In this document: in pieces, positions 8,209 through 18,700 of the stretch
Layout: the number at the start of each line of letters is the position of its first letter
How positions within the stretch are numbered: the stretch's first letter is position 1
Origin: Candidatus Fraserbacteria bacterium
GTDB lineage: Bacteria; Bipolaricaulota; Bipolaricaulia; RBG-16-55-9
Assembly (NCBI GenBank): GCA_037443265.1
Contig: JBBIOR010000022.1
Location: forward strand, 7,415 to 28,052
Direction: 5' to 3'
DNA length: 20,638 nucleotides
Notes under the pieces: generated by a model
Databases searched by the model: none
What the model was told of the DNA's origin: nothing
What the model saw: only the letters and a program-made list of their open reading frames with translations
Made by a program: the position numbers and the translations under genes

Positions 8209-8228
8209 AGGCATCCGAAGGGGGAAGC

Positions 8229-9248
8229 ATGAGGGCATTGATCACCGGGGCCACGGGCTTAGTAGGGAGCTTTTTGGCCGAGCGGCTCCGGCCGGAGGAG
8301 ACGCGTACCCTGGTCCGAGACCCTCGGCGGGCCGAGCCTCTCAGGCGCCTGGGTCTGGAGCTGGCCGAGGGAGATCTGCAGGATCCGGTTTCGCTGGAGC
8401 GGGCGACCCGTGGCATAGACGTCGTCTATCACTGCGCCGCTCGAGTGACCCTGCCGTATCAGGGGAATCGCGCGCAGATCCTCAAGACGAACGTCGATGG
8501 AACGAGGAATCTCCTGGAGGCCAGCGTGCGCTCGGGCGTGAAGAGATTTGTCTTCGTCAGTTCCGTGGCGGTCTACGGAGATGTCGAAGCGGAATGTATC
8601 TCTGAGGATCATCCCTTTTCACCCAGCGGACCCTACTCGGAATCGAAGATCTTGGCGGAGCAGCTGGTGCGGGAGTACGAGCGCCGGCATGATCTTGAAG
8701 TGGTGATTCTGCGCCCGTGTGTCATCTATGGCCCGCGGGATCGTAACTTCCTCCCTCAAATCTTACGAACGCTCCCTAGAGGGCTTCTGCCCCTGGTCGA
8801 CGGCGGCCGCCAGCCCCTGGACATGGTCTACGTCACAGACGTGGTGGAAGCCCTGCTCTTGGCCGGGACCCAAGAGGCCGCCAGAGGCCAAGCCTACAAC
8901 GTCACGGATGGAGAGAGACATACGATCCGAGAATTGATTGAGCTGTTGACGAGAGTCCTCCCTCGCCCAGTGCGCACCGTGAGCGTGCCGTATCCCCTTG
9001 CGTATGGCTTGGCGGCTTTGAGCTATGGGTGGGGCCGGCTGTGGCGGCCTAAGGAGGAGCCGCTCATCAGTCCCGGCGCCGTGCGGGCCATGGCCCGGCC
9101 TCACCATTATGATATCTCCAAGATCCGCCACGAGCTGGGCTATGAGCCGCGCGTGCGCTTCGAAGACGGCTTAAGACACGCCCTGGATTGGTATGTGAAC
9201 ACTATGTGGGATAAGGAGGAAGGGCATGGATTTGTTCGCCAAGTGTGA
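8229..9248 (+). CDS. NAD(P)-dependent epimerase/dehydratase (extended SDR, 3-beta-HSD-like); candidate ceramide/3-keto-sphingoid reductase
   Basis: TGATGLVG Rossmann motif, VYHCAA, FVFVSS, YSESK (YxxxK) and LRPCVIYGPRD. Overlaps the next gene by 23 nt. Confidence 0.88.
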   Translation: MRALITGATGLVGSFLAERLRPEETRTLVRDPRRAEPLRRLGLELAEGDLQDPVSLERATRGIDVVYHCAARVTLPYQGNRAQILKTNVDGTRNLLEASVRSGVKRFVFVSSVAVYGDVEAECISEDHPFSPSGPYSESKILAEQLVREYERRHDLEVVILRPCVIYGPRDRNFLPQILRTLPRGLLPLVDGGRQPLDMVYVTDVVEALLLAGTQEAARGQAYNVTDGERHTIRELIELLTRVLPRPVRTVSVPYPLAYGLAALSYGWGRLWRPKEEPLISPGAVRAMARPHHYDISKIRHELGYEPRVRFEDGLRHALDWYVNTMWDKEEGHGFVRQV

Positions 9249-10407
9249 GGCGTTCGTGGCTTCCAGACAGGCCAAAGAGCTCGGGTACTATCCGTATTTT
9301 AAGCCGGTCTCGACGGCTGAGGACACGGAAGTCATCATCGAGGGGTGCCGGGTGCTCATGCTCGGCTCGAACAACTATCTGGGACTCACCACTCATCCCA
9401 AGGTCAAACAGGCGGCCATCGAGGCCATTAAAAAATACGGCACGTCCAGCTGCGGCTCAAGATTTTTAAACGGCACGCTGGACCTGCACCGCGAGTTGGA
9501 AGAGCGCCTGGCCAAATTCTTAAAGCGTGAAGCCGCTCTCGTCTTCTCCACGGGATTTCAGACGAATCTGGGCACGATCTCGGCCTTGGTGGGCAAGGGG
9601 GATATTATAATATCTGACAAGTGGAACCACGCCAGCATCGTGGATGGAGCGCGGCTGTCTTACGGGGCCATGAGGCGCTTCCGCCACAACGACATGGAGG
9701 ATTTCGAACAAGTGCTCAAGAGCTGCCCGGAGGAGGCGGGAAAGCTGGTGGTCATAGACGGCCTGTTCAGCATGGAAGGAGATCTCGCGCCCCTGCCCGA
9801 GATCGTGAAGCTGGCTCACCAGTATGGAGCCCGCGTGATGGTGGACGACGCTCATGGGCTTGGGGTGATGGGCGCGCATGGGCGGGGGACTGCGGAGCAC
9901 TTTGGGGTTGAAGACCAAGTGGATCTGGTCATGGGCACCTTCAGCAAGTCGTTTGCGTCTTTGGGGGGCGTGATCGCAGGTGAGGAGCACGTCATCGAGT
10001 ACATTCAGCACCATGCGCGCTCCTTGATTTTTTCCGCCAGCATGCCGCCGGCGGCCGTGGCCACGGTGATCGCGGCCCTTGAGATCATCGAGAGTGAGCC
10101 GGAGCGGAGAGAGCAGCTCTGGAAGAACACCCACAAGATGAAGAAGGGGCTGACGGAGCTGGGCTTCGATACGGGGCGCTCTCAGACTCCCGTGATCCCC
10201 ATTGTGGTGGGGGACATGTACAAAGCCCTTCAGATGTGGAAATCTCTCTTTGAGAACGGCGTCTACACGAACGTGGTGCTCCCGCCAGCCGTCCCTCAAG
10301 GCCGCGCGCTGCTTCGAACCAGCTACATGGCCACTCATACGGAAAAACAACTGGACTTCGCCCTTGAAGTCTTTGAAAAAGTGGGCCAAGAGTGTGGCCT
10401 AATTTGA
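9226..10407 (+). CDS. spt: PLP-dependent alpha-oxoamine synthase, most like bacterial serine palmitoyltransferase
   Basis: GYYPYF N-terminus, GSNNYLGLT.HP, GSRFLNGTLDLH, NHASI.DG, FSMEGD, DDAH, GTFSKS (PLP Lys) and IFSASMPP. This motif set matches my recollection of Bacteroidetes-type SPT better than BioF or Kbl. Family is certain; specificity is inferred. Confidence 0.75.
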   Translation: MDLFAKCEAFVASRQAKELGYYPYFKPVSTAEDTEVIIEGCRVLMLGSNNYLGLTTHPKVKQAAIEAIKKYGTSSCGSRFLNGTLDLHRELEERLAKFLKREAALVFSTGFQTNLGTISALVGKGDIIISDKWNHASIVDGARLSYGAMRRFRHNDMEDFEQVLKSCPEEAGKLVVIDGLFSMEGDLAPLPEIVKLAHQYGARVMVDDAHGLGVMGAHGRGTAEHFGVEDQVDLVMGTFSKSFASLGGVIAGEEHVIEYIQHHARSLIFSASMPPAAVATVIAALEIIESEPERREQLWKNTHKMKKGLTELGFDTGRSQTPVIPIVVGDMYKALQMWKSLFENGVYTNVVLPPAVPQGRALLRTSYMATHTEKQLDFALEVFEKVGQECGLI

Positions 10408-10441
10408 TCCGCCTTCGGCTCAATACAAACGTAACACCACA

Positions 10442-10470
10442 TTGACAAACGAGTGGATACGTTATAAAAT
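10442..10470 (+). promoter_or_regulatory. near-consensus sigma70 promoter of dprA
   Basis: TTGACA(10442-10447)-N17-TAAAAT(10465-10470). Confidence 0.75.
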
Positions 10471-10506
10471 GATTCATCTATGTGATCTTACAGGTGGACA
10501 GCCAAG

Positions 10507-11616
10507 ATGTCTGACAATCCACTCCAAGAGAAGCGCTATTGGATCGCACTCAATCTCATTCCGAACCTCACGCCCAAGAGATTTCAGATCCTTCTGGAGC
10601 ACTTCTCAACGCCAAGGGAGATCTGGGAAGCCCCTCTGGCGGAGTTGAAAGAGATCGAAGCGTTCTCACCATCCGCGGAGACCTTCGTGTGCCACCGCGA
10701 GTGCGTCGATGTGGAAGCGGAGCTTGAGGAGATCGAAGCGCGCGGCCTAAAGATCATTACTCTGGCCGATGCAGAATATCCCAAGGCGCTTCGCGTCATC
10801 GAAGCCCCGCCCCCTGTGCTCTATGTCAAGGGCGAGTACATTGAAAAAGACGAGTTGGCGATAGCGATCGTGGGCACCCGGCGGCCCTCGCCCTATGGCA
10901 AGATGATCGCCGAAAAGCTCGCCAAAGAACTGGGAGAGCTGGGCTTTACCATCCTAAGTGGCCTGGCACTTGGGATCGACACGGCAGCCCACCTAGGGGC
11001 GCTCTCCGCCGGCGCCCGTACGATCGCCGTACTCGGCGGTGGCTTTTCCAATATCTACCCGCACGAGAATCGAAATCTTCTCGAAGAGATCGCACACTCT
11101 GGAGCCGTCATGAGCGAGTTTTCCATAAAAACTCCACCCGATCGCTGGACGTTCCCCAGGAGAAATCGCATCATCAGCGGTCTGGCCCGCGGCACCATTG
11201 TGGTCGAAGCCCCCAAGAAGAGCGGCGCGCTCATCACGGCCAAATACGCCCTCCAGCAGGGCCGCGAGGTCTTCGCTGTACCCGGCCCCATCACGGAAGA
11301 AGCCAGCCAAGGCACTCACCATCTCATCCAGCAAGGAGCCAAGCTGGTGACCCACATCGATGACATTCTCGAAGAATTTGCAGATCTTAAGCAGACTATC
11401 GGCTCCCACCCTCCGCGTCCGGCGAAAGCCCGCCCTCCGCTCTCCCCCGTAGAAGAGCAGGTCTTTCGCGTCCTAGAGTACGAGCCCCTTCACTTCAACG
11501 ACGTCGTCGAGCGGGCTGGGATCTCTCCCACAGCTGCCTCGTACGCCCTCTTGCAGCTGGTCATGAAAGATCTCGTCAAGGAGCTGGAGGGCAAACGCTA
11601 CGCCAAGTTGCCGTAA
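10507..11616 (+). CDS. dprA: DNA-processing protein DprA (Smf)
   Basis: [66 protein letters not shown] and a C-terminal winged helix. Confidence 0.96.
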   Translation: MSDNPLQEKRYWIALNLIPNLTPKRFQILLEHFSTPREIWEAPLAELKEIEAFSPSAETFVCHRECVDVEAELEEIEARGLKIITLADAEYPKALRVIEAPPPVLYVKGEYIEKDELAIAIVGTRRPSPYGKMIAEKLAKELGELGFTILSGLALGIDTAAHLGALSAGARTIAVLGGGFSNIYPHENRNLLEEIAHSGAVMSEFSIKTPPDRWTFPRRNRIISGLARGTIVVEAPKKSGALITAKYALQQGREVFAVPGPITEEASQGTHHLIQQGAKLVTHIDDILEEFADLKQTIGSHPPRPAKARPPLSPVEEQVFRVLEYEPLHFNDVVERAGISPTAASYALLQLVMKDLVKELEGKRYAKLP

Positions 11617-11637
11617 GGCTCTCCATCGTGTAAAGAT
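11608..11637 (+). promoter_or_regulatory. candidate promoter of ndk (probably leaderless)
   Basis: TTGCCG(11608-11613)-N18-(TGt)AAAGAT(11632-11637), 7 nt before ATG 11645, no SD. Same architecture as the promoter at 8179-8208. Confidence 0.4.
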
Positions 11638-11644
11638 TGATCTC

Positions 11645-12076
11645 ATGGAACGCCAAAGGACTCTGGTGCTGCTCAAGCCGGATGCCGTCCAGAGGCGCCT
11701 GATCGGGGAGATCATCCGGCGTCTGGAGCAGAAGGGCTTAGATCTCATCGCGCTGAAGCTCATGCGGGTCGAGCGCGCCCTGGCCGAGCAGCACTATGCT
11801 GAGCACCGCAAGAAGCCGTTTTTCAGAGAGCTCATTGAGTTCATCACCTCAGGACCCGTAGTGGCCATGATCGTGGAAGGCCCGCAGGCCATAAGCGTCG
11901 TGCGCCAGCTCATGGGCAAGACGAATCCCTTCGAGGCTGAGCCGGGCACGATCCGCGGAGATTTTGGGTTGGATCTCACGGCCAATCTCATCCACGGCTC
12001 CGACTCCCCCCAGTCGGCCCAAGAGGAGATCGAGCGCTTCTTCCGGCCTGAAGAGATCCTGGAACTCCGTCCTTGA
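11645..12076 (+). CDS. ndk: nucleoside-diphosphate kinase
   Basis: [37 protein letters not shown] and NLIHGSDS (phospho-His). Confidence 0.97.
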   Translation: MERQRTLVLLKPDAVQRRLIGEIIRRLEQKGLDLIALKLMRVERALAEQHYAEHRKKPFFRELIEFITSGPVVAMIVEGPQAISVVRQLMGKTNPFEAEPGTIRGDFGLDLTANLIHGSDSPQSAQEEIERFFRPEEILELRP

Positions 12077-12102
12077 TGGCCTACAGCCAGATGCAGTATG
12101 AT
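12073..12102 (+). promoter_or_regulatory. sigma70-type promoter of valS
   Basis: TTGATG(12073-12078)-N18-TATGAT(12097-12102). SD GAGGTGA lies before ATG 12136. Confidence 0.55.
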
Positions 12103-12135
12103 TAGCTCCGCTCAATTTCGAGGTGAGAGCAGTCT

Positions 12136-14775
<2,640 letters not shown>

Positions 14776-14812
14776 CGATTTCGAGCACACACGTGGGACG
14801 GGGGTAGGGGAA

Positions 14813-15589
14813 GTGCAGACAGACTCGATTATTGAAAATCCGGTGCCTTTGAACGCACGTCTGGAGGAGGTGCGCCGGCGTCCCTTGCCGCGGCATATTG
14901 CGATCATCATGGACGGCAACGGGCGCTGGGCGAAGTTGCGCAATCAACCGCGCATGTATGGACATCAGCAGGGCATGACGGCCGCCGAGCGCATCGTCCG
15001 CTTTGTAGGCGAAGACCTGCAAATTCAATATTTGACACTCTACGCCTTCTCCACCGAAAACTGGAATCGGCCTCCCGATGAGGTCCAACATCTTATGGAT
15101 CTCATTCGAGAGTTTCTCGATGAGAAACTCAAGATGCTTGAAGAGAATAAAGTGAGGTTGAGGGTCTTAGGGGATCTAGAAGGAGTGCCTGCCCCGATTC
15201 GTGCAGAGATTGAACGGGCAGTGAAACTGACTGAGGCTAACGATCGCTTTCATCTCAACATTGCCTTCAACTATGGGGGGCGACAAGAGATCCTGCGTGC
15301 TGTCCAGCAGATCGTGCTCGATCGCATGAATGGCCGGCTGAACGGTGAGCCCATCGATGAAACCCTCTTCCGGAGATATCTCTACACCGCTGACTTACCT
15401 GATCCTGACCTACTCATCCGCACAAGCGGCGAGGAGCGGATCAGCAATTTTCTCCTGTGGCAGATTGCCTACACCGAGTTCTGGGTCACCAAAACGCTCT
15501 GGCCCGATTTCACACCTGAGGAGCTTCTGGATGCCATCGAGGCGTATCAATGTCGGCGGCGCAAGTTTGGCGCTGTCGTAGAGCCCTAG
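14813..15589 (+). CDS. uppS: undecaprenyl/polyprenyl diphosphate synthase (cis-prenyltransferase)
   Basis: PRHIAIIMDGNGRWA, LTLYAFSTENWNRP, NYGGRQEI, PDLLIRTSGE.R.SNFLLWQ.AY and RRKFG. Start moved to GTG 14813 after a G-rich SD; ORF-track 14723 overlaps valS. Confidence 0.95.
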   Translation: MQTDSIIENPVPLNARLEEVRRRPLPRHIAIIMDGNGRWAKLRNQPRMYGHQQGMTAAERIVRFVGEDLQIQYLTLYAFSTENWNRPPDEVQHLMDLIREFLDEKLKMLEENKVRLRVLGDLEGVPAPIRAEIERAVKLTEANDRFHLNIAFNYGGRQEILRAVQQIVLDRMNGRLNGEPIDETLFRRYLYTADLPDPDLLIRTSGEERISNFLLWQIAYTEFWVTKTLWPDFTPEELLDAIEAYQCRRRKFGAVVEP

Positions 15590-15595
15590 CGCGTC

Positions 15596-16417
15596 GTGGG
15601 ATTCATACCGAGAGCTTTTACCGTTCTTCTTGGAATTCCTTTACTCCTCGGCTGGCTGTGGGTCGCGAAAGCGTATGACCAATTCTGGCTTGCTGTGCTT
15701 TTGCTTGCGCTATCCACAGCAGTAGCCGCTTGGGAATATGCCAAGCTCATGGTGCAAAGCGGCGTCGCGTTGGAGCGTTTCTCTTTCACCATCATCAGCA
15801 TCCTCTCCGTCGTCGCGTATGGCGTTATGAGCGAGCTGCATGCGCCTTTCATCTTCACATCGGGCGCACTGCTCTTGCTTGTCACCTATCTGTGGCGCTC
15901 TGAGGGCCTTAAGGAAGGAGCTTGCGCAATTCTGGGATTGTTCTATCTGCCGTTCCTTCTGCACTTTTTTTATCCTCTCTATCGACCGGAGCAAGGTTTC
16001 TACTACTTGCTCTTGCTGCTCGTGCTCGTGTGGGCGTACGACACGGGGGCATACATCGTGGGCTCCCTATGGGGGAAGCATAAGCTCTACCCTCCCCTGA
16101 GCCCGAAGAAGAGCTGGGAAGGAGTTCTCGCTGGCTGGCTAGTCATGTTTGTTATCGGGTGGCTCGCTCTCTACTGGTGGCCGTGGGCACTTTCACTACA
16201 AGATGCCGCACTGCACGGATTCGCACTCTCTTTGCTCATCAGTATTCTTGCCCAGCTGGGAGATCTCTTTGAATCGAAGCTCAAGCGCACGGCCAACGTG
16301 AAAGATTCCGGCACGTTTTTCCCCGGTCATGGGGGAATGCTTGACCGCATAGACAGCTTGCTCTTTGCTCTCCCCGCTTTTTATTTCTACGCGCATTACG
16401 TCTTACGGTGGCTCTAG
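15596..16417 (+). CDS. cdsA: phosphatidate cytidylyltransferase (copy 1, full length)
   Basis: Polytopic membrane protein with DTGAY..G..GKHKL...SPKKSWEG and GDLFESKLKR...VKDSG..FPGHGGMLDRIDS. Canonical position after uppS. Confidence 0.95.
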   Translation: MGFIPRAFTVLLGIPLLLGWLWVAKAYDQFWLAVLLLALSTAVAAWEYAKLMVQSGVALERFSFTIISILSVVAYGVMSELHAPFIFTSGALLLLVTYLWRSEGLKEGACAILGLFYLPFLLHFFYPLYRPEQGFYYLLLLLVLVWAYDTGAYIVGSLWGKHKLYPPLSPKKSWEGVLAGWLVMFVIGWLALYWWPWALSLQDAALHGFALSLLISILAQLGDLFESKLKRTANVKDSGTFFPGHGGMLDRIDSLLFALPAFYFYAHYVLRWL

Positions 16418-16444
16418 TAACATCCATTTCCGTTCATTTCTGCC

Positions 16445-16472
16445 TTGCGCTTTTTGAAATTCATTGTATTAT
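16445..16472 (+). promoter_or_regulatory. candidate sigma70 promoter driving the riboswitch leader
   Basis: TTGCGC(16445-16450)-N16-TATTAT(16467-16472). Predicted +1 near 16479 coincides with the first base of the aptamer P1. Confidence 0.55.
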
Positions 16473-16478
16473 TATTAC

Positions 16479-16571
16479 GATCATCGAAAGGGTGAACCCT
16501 TCGCGAGAAGGGGGTGCAAAGCCATGGATCTCGATGACAAAATGCGAGATGACCAGGCTGCCGAAGTGATC
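16479..16571 (+). ncRNA. c-di-GMP-I (GEMM-I) riboswitch aptamer
   Basis: P1 GATCA-TCG / CGA-(AG)-TGATC. P2 GGTGAA-CCCTTC-GCGA(GNRA)-GAAGGG-GGTGC. Junction GCAAAG. P3 AGCC-A-TGG-ATCTCG...CGAGAT-GA-CCA-GGCT, then GCCGA. The ligand-contacting equivalents of Vc2 G20, A47 and C92 are present. Confidence 0.9.
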
Positions 16572-16642
16572 AATAACTGCTCATCATAATAACTATCGTC
16601 GGCTCAGCAACTCCTCTCTACCCGTGGGATCCGTGGCGTGGT

Positions 16643-17373
16643 ATGAAGCCGATCCTTTGCAGAGACTGTCACCGAGTTGTCTGTCCATTTTCTGGTCTAA
16701 ATCCCGCATCTTTAACAAACCTCATTCAGAGGGTCGAGCTTAGAGCGGATTCCACACCTGGTGTGAAGGAGGCCCCAGTTTAGGCTGTTACGTAATCTGT
16801 CGAGGCATAGTCCAGATAAGCCAGTATGCGCTCAACGGACGAGAGCAACTGTTGGAGTGCCTGGGACCGGGGGAATTGGTGGGCATTGAGGGTTTATTCA
16901 CAGGGATGGTGAGGAGTACGACAGCACGAACCCTGGTGCTAAGCGAGTTGATTTGGCTAGGAAAGGGAGAATTTCTGGGTCTTGTGAGAACCCATCGAAC
17001 TTTTGCTGAGAAGGTCTTTGAGCAGTCTGGGGAGCGCTTAGAACGGACGTGGCAGCGCTATCTTCTGGCGTGTCACAGAGGCGTGCGTGAGCGACTTATC
17101 TGGGAGTTATTGCAGTTGGGTCGCAGGCATGGCCGTTGGCAAGGATCTGGGCTCTGCATCGAACTAGATTTACGGAAGCACGATTTGGAAAGACTATTGG
17201 GAGCAAGCCATACGGCAGTGACACAGGCTCGAGAACGGATAGAAAAGCAAGATCTCCTTCTCATCCGCCGAGGAGCAATCTTACTGCCAGACCCGCTGCA
17301 ACTGGCCAAAGAGCTGGGAGATCCTCAAGAGATCGCCTATTGGCAAGGACTCGCCAGGAATGTTCACAAGTGA
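16643..17373 (+). pseudogene. Crp/Fnr-family transcriptional regulator, frameshifted between about 16744 and 16780
   Basis: ATG 16643 gives MKPILCRDCHRVVCPFSGLNPASLTNLIQRVELR... with stop at 16781-16783. The -1 frame opens after TAG 16741-16743 as GFHTWCEGGPSLGCYVICRGIVQISQYALNGREQLLECLGPGELVG (cNMP beta-roll) and continues to an HTH (LRKHDLERLLGASHTAVTQAR) and stop 17373. Confidence 0.8.
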
Positions 17374-17404
17374 ATGAAAATCTGTTCGCTTGCGGATGGA
17401 CATT
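17361..17404. repeat. imperfect 22-bp tandem repeat, each unit palindromic (candidate operator pair)
   Basis: TGTTCACAAGTGAATGAAAATC versus TGTTCGCTTGCGGATGGACATT, 14 of 22 identical. Cores are TTCAC-AA-GTGAA and TTCGC-TT-GCGGA. Confidence 0.45.
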
Positions 17405-17457
17405 TGAGGGAAATGGATGCATAAATACTCTATCGCTACGAAAAGGAGGAGATATAC

Positions 17458-17952
17458 ATGTTTACAAAGCTTCTCAAAAGTCTACTTGTGGCTTTGGTAA
17501 TGGCCACGATGATCACCACTGGCACGCTCGATGTTTCTAGTGCTCCTTCCAGCCCACCTGGGCGTGGCCACGGCAATACAGTTGAGCTTGTCGTCGTGGA
17601 GAGTCCTCCAGGGACCGAGGATATCCGGTACGGTGCTTGTGGATATGCCTACTTATGGCTATTTGACGGACCTCCACTGCAAGGAATAATCCAAATCGGG
17701 GCTCAAACCTACTGGTATGCAGGCCCTATCGTATACGTGACTTGGACTGTGTCAGTTGTAGGCCCAAGGTCGTTCATCGATAGCGGTTCACGAGTGCAGT
17801 TTTCTTACTATTGGTCAGAGATCAAGGCATTTGCCATCGCACAGTGGGAAGCTGGATTCTACTCAGCGACATTGATACAATTGGACGTGTGGACATCCTT
17901 CGGCTTTCATTGTGTGGGCCTTATGCCCACAGATACGGAGTACATAAGCTGA
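17458..17952 (+). CDS. hypothetical secreted beta-rich protein with one Cys pair
   Basis: Very strong SD (AAAGGAGGAG), signal-peptide-like N-terminus, Pro/Ser-rich linker, aromatic-rich mature domain with Cys in GACG and FHCVG. Confidence 0.8.
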   Translation: MFTKLLKSLLVALVMATMITTGTLDVSSAPSSPPGRGHGNTVELVVVESPPGTEDIRYGACGYAYLWLFDGPPLQGIIQIGAQTYWYAGPIVYVTWTVSVVGPRSFIDSGSRVQFSYYWSEIKAFAIAQWEAGFYSATLIQLDVWTSFGFHCVGLMPTDTEYIS

Positions 17953-17953
17953 G

Positions 17954-18664
17954 ATGGAAAGGCCAAGCCTCGAGAACGCTGTATTAACGTGGGAAAGACG
18001 TATGTGTGCGACTCTCACGAAAAAGTTGAAAGCAGCGCCCCCGCAGGTAAAAGAAGACTTCGAAAAGCGGTGGGTGGGGCCCAGCCGAATAGTAGGCGTA
18101 GTGCCCGTGGGTGAGAGACGGTGGCTGGTAGCCACCGTCTCTGGGCTGTGGGACACGACGGAAGTGGAGGCATGGGTGCAGTTTCGCCTCTGGGATATGG
18201 TCCAGAACACGGACACCACCAAGACCTCCGAAAGCTACTTCCTGAAAGAGGAGAAAGAAGTAGGATTTCGCGGAGTTGACGTTCAAATTAACCTCAACAC
18301 TCGAGGGATTCATGCAACATTTGTAGAAGTCGGCGACCATGTAGGATTGATAGGTCTTGTACGCCAAGACGTCAAGGAAGTGGCCGTGAAAACTCGCCAG
18401 CGACTCCCCTTCAGTGCATCTCCTTCCGCTGGCTTGTTCCTTGTGGTGCTGTCGGGAAAGGTTCAGCAATTCACCCCTATCCGCGTTGATGCACTAGGCG
18501 AGAACCGCCAACAGGTGGGATCGATATCTATCTTCCCAGGGATTTTTGGCCATCTCCTGCCACTTCTAAGCTCGCTTCCGAAACCAATCCTATCTGCTAT
18601 TTGGCCAGCCGTGGCCTTCCTGTTGCGACATGCTGGTCGAGGAGAACTCGTAGTGGGTAGATAG
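17954..18664 (+). CDS. hypothetical protein, probably translationally coupled to the secreted protein
   Basis: 236-aa ORF starting 1 nt after the upstream stop (TGA-G-ATG). No signal peptide; hydrophobic/amphipathic C-terminus. Confidence 0.7.
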   Translation: MERPSLENAVLTWERRMCATLTKKLKAAPPQVKEDFEKRWVGPSRIVGVVPVGERRWLVATVSGLWDTTEVEAWVQFRLWDMVQNTDTTKTSESYFLKEEKEVGFRGVDVQINLNTRGIHATFVEVGDHVGLIGLVRQDVKEVAVKTRQRLPFSASPSAGLFLVVLSGKVQQFTPIRVDALGENRQQVGSISIFPGIFGHLLPLLSSLPKPILSAIWPAVAFLLRHAGRGELVVGR

Positions 18665-18700
18665 CAAACAAATGGCAATGCACCGCAAAGGAGGTGTGTT

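Noticed and set aside
9226..10407. Calling this gene bioF or kbl
   Set aside because: No biotin or tdh context. The N-terminal YPYF and GSRFLNGT/GTFSKS motifs and the adjacent SDR fit SPT better, though BioF/Kbl is not formally excluded without a tree.
12077..12135. T-box leader for valS
   Set aside because: The intergenic region is only 59 nt and is filled by the promoter and SD. No T-box motif or terminator is present.
14795..14810. G-runs upstream of uppS as a possible G-quadruplex
   Set aside because: Only three runs of three or more G. They are adequately explained as the SD region.
16479..16571. Reading the aptamer as the 3',3'-cGAMP-sensing GEMM-Ib variant or as a simple terminator
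   Set aside because: The position-20 equivalent is G, not A, and the two hairpins follow the GEMM architecture with no U-tract.
17446..17460. Leader AGGAGATATACATG resembles the T7 gene 10 / pET ribosome-binding site
   Set aside because: No T7 promoter, lac operator, tag or other vector sequence is nearby. Best read as a natural strong SD with an AT-rich spacer.
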